Positions 11,847-22,942 of a stretch of 64,000 nucleotides of DNA are shown here, one piece after another. The notes under the pieces are model-generated. The model made no database searches, had not been told where the DNA came from, and saw only the letters and a program-made list of their open reading frames with translations. Numbering within the stretch: position 1 is the first letter of the stretch; the number at the start of each line of letters is the position of its first letter. The translations under genes and the position numbers were made by a program. This stretch comes from Octopus sinensis (Eukaryota), in the NCBI RefSeq assembly GCF_006345805.1, contig NC_042999.1:84320001-84384000 (forward strand), read 5' to 3'.

Positions 11847-13644
11847 GATTCAGAAGAAGAAGAGAAGAAGAAGAATTTATATTACAGGTGCAAGACTTAC
11901 AACCAAACTAAATTCAACAAAATTACAATAACGATGAAGTAATCAGAAAGTACTACGGAAGAATCAAACTGATATTAAAGTAGAAAGAGTGGACACATTA
12001 TTTATGTCTGTTATAAAGTACAATCTCAACATAACATGGAAATATAGTGACATGAAGAAAGGACATGGATAAAAATGAGATTCTACAAACAGATTTCATT
12101 ATCAACAACACCAAAACTGATATAGACATGATACAAGGAGGATAAGGCCTTTTGATAAATAGAGAAGAAATACAAAGGAAGAAATAAGGCGGTAAAAACA
12201 ACACTTTGAATCTAACAAAGTAAAAAATATTCTATATATGAACAGAACTTTCAATTTTTTTTTTGAAGGACGGGGAAAAAAAGAATACCAAAATATACTA
12301 ATTAAGTTAGCGAGAAGGTAATCACAACCAGGCCGCAGGTTTTCGATTAAAGCAAGCGGTGTTGTTTTGGCTATGCAGGACCAATGCCTTGTCACAAATA
12401 GTTATAACTAGAAAAGTGAAGTTAGTCTACGCCGTTAGTACAATAACACAGTTGACCTTTTTATTTCTGGTGTCTAGAGCTTGTAAAGGATTTAGAAGAA
12501 TAACTAGTTCCAGATATAAAGACTTACGTTATTTTCATTTTTCTGGCTGTCTACGCGCTGAGTTAAAATACGGCTTAAGTTACATTCGCTTTCCATAATA
12601 TATATACTAACAATACAAGATTGTCTCTGTCGGAATTCTTTAAGCTCCAGATGAGATTCCATTGCTTTATCTGTTCGGCTCTCCTACGATGACACTGATA
12701 CCAATCTGTATAAGCCGTTGTCGTTTCACTGGGCAAAATCAGTAATGTGATGTGAAAGATGTGAAAGACATTCATGTTCCTGAGTAAATTCAGATTTATT
12801 CATTAAAGACGTTGCCCAAATTTACATCTTGAAGGCGATAATAATGATAATAATAACAAATAACCACAGCGAATTTAACTAGATTTTGTGAAACCCTAAA
12901 TCAGCCCTGATTCAACTATGGCCGAAATGTAAATAGCATTCAAATCCCACCCAAAATATTTTTTTTAAATAAACTGTATGATTTGAGCAAAATGTCATTG
13001 TTATTTCTAGTTGTTTAAGCGATCATATAGAGGTTTTACACTGCGGCTTCACGATTTAAGTCTAGTTAAATAATGTGTTCTTACATTAAAAACTGGATTA
13101 TTTCATTGATATATTGACCTTTATACCGTTATTGCCTGCCATTATTAAGATGTTTTTCGATAGTATATAGGTAGAGATGTGTTTTAAAGTTTTTCATACT
13201 TGTTGTTGTTTATAACATACTTAAAAATTTTCATCACGTTCAAATGCGGGAGAAAATTATTCAACGAATAGTTTTGTGTTGTCTGGATAACGATTTATTC
13301 TTGAACGGATTATCTATTCGCACCCGTGTCTAGCATGCTGAAAATTTGAACGACAAAAGTATGTACAAAGTCAATTACCACGATGATATTTGTAAATCTG
13401 TGGACTGCTTAATTATTTGTTTATATATTTATTCTTTCTCTTCTATTTAATTGTTCTCTCATTCATTGTTGGAAACAAATATATGATCGCGTCCACATAC
13501 GACTAACTTTTACATTTCTCTACTTAATAATATTCGAATATTCTGGGGTGTCTGGGGAGAGTCATTCTCTTTTGGTGCCTTATAATTTAACAAACTTACC
13601 GGTAAAATTTCCATATATTTCTTTTTTATTTCTCTAAAATTTTC

Positions 13645-13693
13645 GTTGCGTCTTGCAACCTTTTCAATAGTTGAAAAGGTTGTAAGACGCAAC
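13645..13693. repeat. 23-bp near-perfect hairpin with 3-nt loop
   Basis: GTTGCGTCTTGCAACCTTTTCAA-TAG-TTGAAAAGGTTGTAAGACGCAAC. The single non-Watson-Crick pair is G:T. Confidence 0.92.
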
Positions 13694-15574
13694 CATTAAA
13701 ATCTTAATAAGGTTGTGCAGAAATTTATAGTCCCAGATATCGCGATCATATGTTGTGTTCCAATGTTTATTGTTAGTATAGTCACGATTAGGAGGAAGAA
13801 AACTAATATGACGAAGCACGATTTATGTCTTTTCATTTTCAGTTTATACTTGGTAGTAAATGATATAGTTGATAGAAAAATGAGCCGATAGTAAATGATA
13901 TACTTGTTAGTAAATGACATGATATTCTTTAAAATTCAGACAAATTTCTTCATCGTTATTTTTTTTAATTTTTTCCGACTTGGATGTTCTTTTCTCTCAA
14001 GATGTTTCCTTTCTATAATTGTATCGAAGTATGGTCAGGAGTTTTAATTTGTTTGAGAATAATTTTTCTACTGTACGTCAATTATGCTACGAAAAATAGA
14101 GTATTTTGGTTGTATTTAAAATTTTCATCATGGAATGAAATACGTCTCTCGGTAAACTTTTTGAGTATACCTAACACAAAATAGTAGTCGCTTAGTTATT
14201 TGCCTCTTTTCTGATTACTTCTTGTGGGATATAAAATCTACTGAATTGTGATGTAGTATACATGGATGATTTACAAATTGCTTCAGTGTTCATGGTACAG
14301 TGTTGAATACCGTTGTAATTTTCCACCTGAGAGCTAAATGACGTTAAAATCTTCATAGCTTAATTATGAGATCAATTCTTCTATCCAGTGTTCTGTGGAA
14401 GGGAGCCCCTTAACTGTTCACTGTGAGCAGCAACAACATAACAACAATATGAAAATGAGAAATTGAAAAGAAGCAATTGAACAATGTATTAGTAAAGATG
14501 GAGTAAATACTGCTGGTAGGCATGATGCTGACGATGAAGGTGATGATGATCGATGTTGATGACAATGAAAGTGATGGCGATTATAATGATGATGATGAAG
14601 AGCGGGTTAATACGAATTACAAAAGCAGAGGAAAAGTAAACGAAGGATTAGAATAACAAAAACATCTCGATAAGTACATAAAATTGATCATTTAGATTAA
14701 TTTTACTGAAAAGTGTCAAACGTATTGATAATACAGCAATTTAAGCAGTTCGTTTGGGCCTCTCTTTCACATAGTTTATGATTGCATGCGTATCTTAAGA
14801 AGGCCTGAGGCTTATTGTGAAATTAATATGCCTCTAGCAAATTTAAGACAAACTTAAATTCTTGATTTGATTAGGTTTCTAATAATGAATTTTCTCTCTG
14901 CCTACTCATTATCATAATTATTGTAGAAGCAGATAAATAGATGGCAAAACGTTCTAATGTCATTAGTAACATATAAACAAGCAACAAAGTACAAACTAGA
15001 AGCTAATTTCACAGTGAAAAAGACTTTAGATTAGAACAAAGGAACGTATGAAGATAGAAATTAAAATCCCAAAAACAATTTTTTTAAATTACCAAATGGA
15101 GAATGGAGACAATATCTGCATAATAAGTATCCTATAATTGTGTACAGATTCGCTGTGCGCTTATTTGAAAACAAAGAATGATAATACTGACAGTTAATAT
15201 GAATTTAACATTATTGGAAGGACCATTTAGTCAAAGAAAGTTTGCTCCCGTAGTTGAATACCTTTTACTTTAGAAAGAATTGCACTATAAAATACTGACA
15301 GATGCTTGAGGATTCAGTAGGCTAGTGATAAGAGTTTAATAATACTAATGATTTCCATGTTTTGAACAAAATTATAAATATGGCAGAAGACTGAAGTAGT
15401 TTAATCGCAGGTCAGCCTTCATCGTGTAGATTTGTGATCATAACCACTCCAGTCACAAAATGTCTTATTTCCAGACTGTAGTATATCTACTGCTACCTTA
15501 TCTTATGTATTTTAATTTATGAATGGTTGGTTGTGAGTTCATTTTTAATTAATTGCTATTTCAAGCTGGTAGAT

Positions 15575-17346
15575 TGACCATGTTAAATATTGCTCATTGG
15601 TTCTGGCCTATGTTATCGGTCTGAGCAGCAGCCATCTATGCTGGATCTGGTATTCTCCCGCTATCCAAGATCAGTGTCTGGCGTATCTGTGTGCGCCATT
15701 CTTGCCAAGAGTGATCATGCGGTCCTGAAGTTCGTCATGCACACAACCTTTTCTACGCCCATGACTACTTCGCTGCCACGTAGAGTCTTCTCTGCAATTA
15801 ATCTTGAAATTCTAAGCGAGGCTTCCGCGCTTCTGGACTGGCGATCCCTGATGACGTTGTCCTCAGTTTACGAACTATGGTCGTCCCTCAAAGCATATGT
15901 AATCTGGTTGACTGACCAAGCAGTTCCCGTTGGGCTTCCCAAGAAGAAGAAACACAAGCCCTGGGTGACGAAGAAGGTTAAACGAGAACTTTGACTCAGA
16001 GATATTGCTTGGGCTGAATTCAAAAATCTGGATTCGACTGCAGCTTTTGAGGTGTACAAAACTCAACGAGACCGAGCCGTGAAAATTGAAAAGGAAGAAC
16101 GCTTCAGATATGAATACAGAATCGCGGCAAACGCCAGTAGCAATCCAAAAACCTTCTTTGCCCATGTCCAACGGAATTCCCGCTTGAACAACCAAATTGC
16201 AACGTTGGTAGAATCAACAGGCGTATCGATTGAGGGCCCTTATCAACAGAGTCAATTGTTTGCCGAGGCTTTTTCAACTATTTTCAAACAAGATGATGGT
16301 CGTGAACCCCTTCCATTTGATAGATCGGTACCTCCAATGCTTCGATTGATCATCACGCGGGACAAAGTCGAACGCGTTATTTAAGCAGTGGCGTGCCTCA
16401 AGGTTCAGTGCTTGGGCCCTTATTGTTCTTAGTCTTCATAAATGACTTGCCCGACAACCTCACGCAACACACCCTTCTATTTGCCGACGATGTCAAACTG
16501 GTCGCTCCTCGCGGTGATATACAGGATCTTCGTCGATGCCTCCACCAAATTTGGAGATGCTTTAACGAATGTCTGAATGTGTCAAAGTGCTGTCATCTGC
16601 CTGTTGGCTCTCCTCCTGCAACTCAACTTGATTTCGAGCCGGGTCGTCTGCTGCTGGAGAGGACCGATCAGGTAAAGGACCTGGGTTTCTTGGTGGATTC
16701 CTCATTTTCGCCTTCGACCCAGTGCGTCCATGCTGCCAACAAAGCACGCGGAGTTCTGTTCTTGATTCGAGGGTCATTCGGAATGCTTACAGCAGCCATA
16801 TTCCTACCGCTCTATGTCACGCTCGTGAGACCCATATTGGAGTACGGGATTCAAGCCTCTTCTCCTTATCTCTTCAAAGACATACAGCATCTCGAAAGAG
16901 TCCAGAAGCTGGCTACCCGCATGGTTCTTGGTCTCAAGAATTTGTCTTATGAAGAAATGCTCGACCTTTATTCTCTAGAAAAACGACGACGCCGTGGTGA
17001 TCTCATTCATGCTCACAACATCATAAGCGGAAAGTGTAATCTCTCGAAGAAGCTGTTCTTCACTCCTGCTCCAGAGCGTCGGCTGCGGGGTCATTCCGAA
17101 AAGCTCTATCTGCGACGATTTCATCTTAATCGAAGGAGAGGGGCTTTCTCCGTCCGGGTTGCGGATCCGTGGAATAAGCTGCCGGACGAGATGGTGAAGA
17201 TGCCGACGACCGCTCGGTTCAAAGTCTCCCTTGACCACAAGTGGCCTGAACTCTTTACATGAACACCACCCTGTACATAACTCCATGTCCCCCTACATGG
17301 CCTTGCTTTTTTGCTTTTTGAGCCAAAAATTAACTAACTAACTAAC
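15575..17346 (+). mobile_element. CR1-like LINE, 5'-truncated with internal deletion and (TAAC)n tail
   Basis: Endonuclease C-terminus (LDLVFS...SDHAVL) at 15590-15994 and linker NPKTFFAHV at 16052-16384. RT ORF 16393-17262 has PQGSVLGPLLF, FADD, KDLGF and RRRRGDLI. The tail AATTAACTAACTAACTAAC is at about 17329-17346. Confidence 0.95.
16393..17262 (+). CDS. Reverse transcriptase C-terminal half (CR1-type LINE ORF2 fragment)
   Basis: 289-aa open frame containing PQGSVLGPLLFLVFINDLP, LLFADDVKL and LYVTLVRPILEYG. Confidence 0.9.
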   Translation: MPQGSVLGPLLFLVFINDLPDNLTQHTLLFADDVKLVAPRGDIQDLRRCLHQIWRCFNECLNVSKCCHLPVGSPPATQLDFEPGRLLLERTDQVKDLGFLVDSSFSPSTQCVHAANKARGVLFLIRGSFGMLTAAIFLPLYVTLVRPILEYGIQASSPYLFKDIQHLERVQKLATRMVLGLKNLSYEEMLDLYSLEKRRRRGDLIHAHNIISGKCNLSKKLFFTPAPERRLRGHSEKLYLRRFHLNRRRGAFSVRVADPWNKLPDEMVKMPTTARFKVSLDHKWPELFT

Positions 17347-17489
17347 TTATCGATCTTGGATTGCCAGAAGTCGAACACAATTTGAACTTGTAAAATCTAG
17401 AAACGTCAATGAAGCCTCCAAAAGATTTCGACAGAGTCTTAAGAGTTTCAATAACACAAAAATCTGAAACAACATTAATAAGTGTTTCA

Positions 17490-17675
17490 AATTTTGGTGC
17501 AATGCCAGTAATCTTAGGGAAGGGCGTTAGTCGATTGCGTTGATTTCAGTGCTTAACTGACAATTATTTTATCAATCGTACAAGAATGAAAGGTAAAGTC
17601 GACCTCAGTGGCATTCGAACTAAGAATGTAAAAACAGACGAAATGGCGCTAAACTTTTTGTCAGACGTATTAATA
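17490..17675 (-). mobile_element. Diverged tRNA-derived SINE
   Basis: Plus strand GAATGAAAGGTAAAGTCGACCTCAGTGGCATTCGAACTAAGAATGTAAAAACAGACGAAAT matches the SINE family. Confidence 0.8.
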
Positions 17676-18984
17676 TATATATATTTATTTTTTTTTGGTG
17701 ACCATAATGACTGAAAAATATTAAGAACAATACACAGTAAAAGGATAGTGAGGATTAAAAAAAGAAAAATGTGTAAAAGCTATAAAACAATACCAATAAA
17801 ATTATTCTGACAAATTCCTCTACATGGGGCTGTGAATATCACCAACGGCCGACAAAGGGACCACCCCAGATCTCGAGCCATCCTACTCACCAGGAAGACG
17901 AAAGCATCTGTTTTTAGTCCCTTCCGTTTCGTCCAACATACCTCTTTTGCCATAGTCACAGAAAGAGATAAACAACCTACAAAAAGGGACCAAAAAGGCG
18001 GAGGCACGACCTTCACGATGGAGTCAGTGGATAGTCGGATCAGTTCTACACGTGACAGCAGCTGTAGCAATGATCGAGCGTACAGAATGTAAGAGTGAGT
18101 ACAGGTCGGTTTCATTATTCTGTGTGCATTTCGGGGAGAACTATCATGCCTGCAAAGTTTATTCCGAGTCGGCAATTACCCCGGTTGCCCTACTCGGTTA
18201 GCGATTTTAGGAAATTATGCAAGATCCCCGGCCCTAAAGTCCTTCGGAACAAACCAGCCAGTTGACTATACCCGAGGACGTCGTAGTTTTCATCTCCCGC
18301 TAATCATTAATAGAACGCCATGGTGGAGCATCCACGCATCACATTGCTCGAGCAGCAGAAGGCTGTGATCACATTATGACCCTCAAGGTTCTGAATCAAT
18401 CTACGCTCTGAATCAATTTCTGGTTGATCCATGACTGCAGCTCTGTAAAAGAGACGAGTGGCTGAAAAACGCGCCAGACAAACGGTAGCCAAACTCTGTA
18501 CAGCGTCAAGGAAACGCTGGAAATGTAGTCTCAGCGCATATATGGGTATCATCAACAACATTCCTAGTCGCCCACGCAACGGATGCTGAGAGCAAATAGG
18601 CCTCCTTAGCAGCAGGATGTATCCTCACCACACAAACACAAAAAAAAACAGAAAATGGAAACAAGTCATGAAAGAGGGAAGACATGATTTGACGGTAGCA
18701 AATGGTGGACGCGATACAAGCATCCGCTACCTATGCCCGACCATCCATAGTTTCCTCCCTCCCATGTCTCATTTAGCCTACTCCGCTTATCGTCGTCATC
18801 TCTTTCCACTTCTTGTCTATTTGGGAGCCTGAACCAAGCCAAACCCGAGCAATTAACCCGTTTCGTTCACGCAATTTCCAGCGCTGCTGTTGGACGGTAT
18901 GAACTTGCTTCTCTAGGCGTTAAGTGCCTGTTGTTGCAACTTCAACCGCTGCTGCTTCCTTCGTTGTTCTTCCTGCCGGTAGAG

Positions 18985-19033
18985 ACCCTGTTGCTATTGC
19001 TGTTGTTGTTGTTGCTGCTGTTGTTGCTGCTCC

Positions 19034-19070
<37 letters not shown>

Positions 19071-19115
19071 CCTGTCGTTACTTCGGCTATTATTGTTATT
19101 GATGTTACTGCTTCT
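18985..19115. repeat. Compound (CTG/TTG)n = (CAG/CAA)n trinucleotide repeat
   Basis: Direct reading. The poly-Q frame on the minus strand is interrupted by stop codons. Confidence 0.9.
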
Positions 19116-19525
19116 GTTGTTTGATGCTGTAACCGTTGAACTTTGAACTACGATCGAAAACGTTGTCTCTTCCTTCCTGCAAGCCGAATGCTGTTTTTAG
19201 TAACATGGCTGCACCTACTTATGTTAATTTTGTTCATGTTTTTGTTGTTCTCGAGTTCCTGTTCACTAACGAAATTGTTAGTGGTATAAGATTCACTGCT
19301 ACTTACTTACTCGTTGTAACGTTTTGATGTTGTTTACGACGCTATAAATTCAAGCTAAGCATTAGAAGAAAGCTAATCAAACTTTACACAATTTGTGTCA
19401 TTCAAGGCACAGTCTGGTGGTTCTCCCACTTTAGTAGTGCATTGGAAGGGGCGAATTGTTTCAGGCCTTGTGACTTTAGTAGAAAGGAGAATCATCATTA
19501 TTATTATTGCTGTTGTTGTTGTTGT

Positions 19526-20083
19526 TGTTGAGTAAGAAAGCAGAGCATGCAATCAAAGGGAAACTGGGGTAAAATATACAAATTATACTCATCCTGATTA
19601 CCTGTCTGATGGGAGTACGCCAGGCACATGCATCAAAATCATATGTGCGCGACATGATAATCTCTGGTCTATATAAACAGCGCATGACCTTGCAGGTGGG
19701 GCCCAGTCAGAATTTTCTCTGGGTCGAGTAACCAATCCCACTCAAATGGTCCTTGAATAAAGGTTGCTTAAGGATGTTGAATGAACTCCCATGTTTCCAG
19801 AGGTGAATTATCCAAATTCCAAAGAATTCCTCTTATCACATAGCTATGATAGCCATCCCACCACTACTTTTGCTCATGATCAGAAATGCACATATCGTCA
19901 GCCACTAAGGGACATGCTAAATTGGTTAAAGTCAAACAACTGACAAGCAAATATGTGGCATTGAGCAGAATATTTGCTGTAGTCCATCTTTTATACCAAG
20001 ACAAAACAATGTACATGATAACACTTCCAATCAGTTAAAAGGAGACGCCATGAGAGCCACTGCCTGGTACTGCATCAGGGCAT
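19526..20083 (-). mobile_element. Non-coding ~560-bp retroposon flanked by (TAA)n on both sides
   Basis: Reverse-complement homolog of 52130-52515 (shared CAGCGCATGACCTTGCA, CCCATGTTTCCAGAGG and AACAACTGACAAGCAAAT blocks). (ATT)n lies at 20087-20167 and a short ATT/GTT tract at 19496-19527. Confidence 0.75.
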
Positions 20084-20112
20084 CAATTATTATAATTATA
20101 ATTATAATTTTA

Positions 20113-20168
<56 letters not shown>

Positions 20169-20169
20169 T

Positions 20170-20375
20170 AAGTCGGTGAACTGGCAGAATCGTTAGCTCA
20201 CTGGACGAACTGCTTAGCGGTATTTCGGCCGTAGGTATGTTCTGAGTCCAAATTCCGCCGAGGCCGATTTTCCCTTTCTTTCTTTCAGGGCCAATAAATT
20301 AAGTACCACTGGAGTTAATGTAATCGACTAGTCCCCTCCCCTAAAATTTCAGGCCTTGTGCCTGCTATATAAAGG
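20170..20375 (+). mobile_element. tRNA-derived SINE
   Basis: GGTGAACTGGCAGAATCGTTAGC...TTCTGAGTCCAAATTCCGCCGAGG...AAGTACCA. Confidence 0.85.
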
Positions 20376-20694
20376 ATTCTTCTTGTGGTTGTTGTTGCTG
20401 CTGTATAAGGCCAAAAAATTTTGTGGGAAATTACATCGACGTCAGTGCCCAGTTATTAATTATTTTATTATTACATCTCTTTTTCACATCTCCTCTAGAG
20501 ATACTCAGTAATTATATAAGAAACATATTCAATGTGTAAAATAGAAAAGACAAGAGGAAATGTTATGGTGGCCAATTACTGTTGTCTGAATATTATAACA
20601 AACAATACAAAGATGCCCAGGATGGAAAAAGATCAACTCAGTAATTAGTGTCAATGAAACGATAGCTCTCATTCGATAACGGCAGCAAAATACA

Positions 20695-21095
20695 GCAGTT
20701 GCTAGCTGAATGGTTGGCACGCGAGGTGAAATGCTTAGCATTAGTATTTCGTCTGCCGCTACGTTCTGAGTTCAAATTCCGCCAAGGTCAACTTTGCCTT
20801 TCATCCTTTCGGAGTCGATTAAATAAGTACCAGTTATGCACTGGGGTCGATATAATCGACTTAATCCGTGTGTCTGTACTTGTTTGTCCTCTCTGTGTTT
20901 AGCCCCTTGTGGGTAGTAAAGAAATAGGTATTTCGTCTGTCGTTACTTTCTGAGTTCAAATTCCGCCGAGGTCGACTTTGCCTTTCATCCTTTCGGGATC
21001 GATAAATTAAGTGCCAGTTGTATACTGGGTTCGATCTAATCGACTGTCCCCCACTCATCCAAAATTTCGGGCCTTGTGCCTTGAGTAGAAAAGAA
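20695..21095 (+). mobile_element. tRNA-derived SINE with head-truncated second monomer
   Basis: The body GAGTTCAAATTCCGCC...AAGTACCAGTT...AATCGACT occurs twice, joined by CCTTGTGGGTAGTAAAGAAATAGGTATTTCGTCTG. Confidence 0.88.
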
Positions 21096-21318
21096 TAAAT
21101 AATGATATTGTTAAGGTAAGAGTAGATGATGAAATTAGTCAAGGGACCCAAGTATCTATATAAACATTTGTTTTCTAGAACTTCATTTTCGACCTCAGAA
21201 ATGCTGTGCTACTACTTCCGTTTTCACGTTTAAAATTTGTGGGACTTTCAATATGGTTGTTGTTATTATTTTATACAAGAAGATGACGACGACAACGACG
21301 GCGACAACAACAACAACA

Positions 21319-21361
<43 letters not shown>

Positions 21362-22116
21362 GAAGGAGGAGGAGGAGGAGGAGGAGGATGCTCATGATCA
21401 CGATGAAGTAGCTTCTAAATAATTGTACGAACTGTATCCTTTAGTTGAAGTTTACTGATCACTGGCAAACGTATTGAAATGAAAGCAATTTAAGCAGTTT
21501 TCCCTTCGACCGAATAGTTAATGATTACTTGCATATCTTAATATGTCTGAGGTTTATTGTGAAATTAAAATGCCTTGAGCTAATTTAAGACAATCATAAC
21601 GCTGACTCGTATTGATTAGCTTTCTAATAATGAATATTCTGCCCGCCAACAAACTCATTACAGAAGCAAGAGATAAGTAGGTTGGTATGCAAAGTCTTCT
21701 ACTACAGTTAACATTCGTGCGTGACTATTTAATTGAAGGCGAGAGAGATAGGACTGCGTTTTAGAGTTTTTATTTTAATAGGCGAAAATAATCCTCTCTG
21801 CATTGTGTAAACACAGAGATATTTATACTATTGTGCAATGCATCTAACCATTTAATTACTCGTTGCATTTTAAAGCAGAAAATTACACTTGATGTTTATA
21901 GCAAGTAACCTAACAGATATAAAAGATTGCTAAATAGATTGTTCTGCATAAAAACTCATGAGCTCATGTATGTATGTGTCTAGCAACGTGCTCAGTTTAC
22001 ATATCTAGGAATGCATCAATATACATCCATAAATACGTACTTACACAATCACACACTTATACACACAAACACACAGACAAACACACGCATACACACACAC
22101 GCATATATATACATAT

Positions 22117-22174
<58 letters not shown>

Positions 22175-22942
22175 TATTTATAAAAATATATATATATTTG
22201 GGTGTATCCGCATATGTTTGTAGCTGTCTTGTTCGATCTCACTGAGTACTAGCTTAGATTAGTACCCTCTACTATAGAGATGTACTTACATCCACAAACT
22301 GACGTGCACAACCACATACATATATACATACAAACCTACAGATATACATATATGTGTGTGTCTGTATGTGTGTGTGTTTGTACATACGTACATACATGTG
22401 TGCATGTGTGTTTATATGTTTTGTATGTCGATGATTATATGTACATAGAGACGTAAAGTAACAACAAGCGAACTCAATTAGTAGTAAAGCTACCATTTAA
22501 AAGAGACAGCTGTAAACCAGGAAATTACAACAATTTGGCACGTCGGAAGTGATAATTAGTATATTTATTAATGCTTCTAGCTAAATTACAGCATTAAGAT
22601 TTCGGTTTATAATTGTAAAGGCTTCCATTACTGATTGAACTTTATATTATCGTAAGATAAATAACGTTCTATCGGTTTTATATAGCTGTCTTTTTCCAAG
22701 TTTATTCTCTACGCAGCTGCACTTTATGAGTGATTTCCAAATCTGTGAATGAAGTCCATATCAACTCGGATTTAGATTAACTTTCTACAAATTTGTCTTT
22801 ATGTGGTTCTCCACAGTTGATTCCGGTGAAACTGATAACCCAGAACTGCATCGTTTCAATTGGTGGGCTCTGCATAGATACTCTTTTCGGATTTTTCTAA
22901 AGAATTAGAGCGTAGTGCAGCGTATACATTCATCTATCTATA

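Noticed and set aside
18900-19140. Poly-Q, poly-A or poly-S protein from the CAG/CAA tract
   Set aside because: The poly-Q frame has several stops, and the other frames lack a start, splice context or domain.
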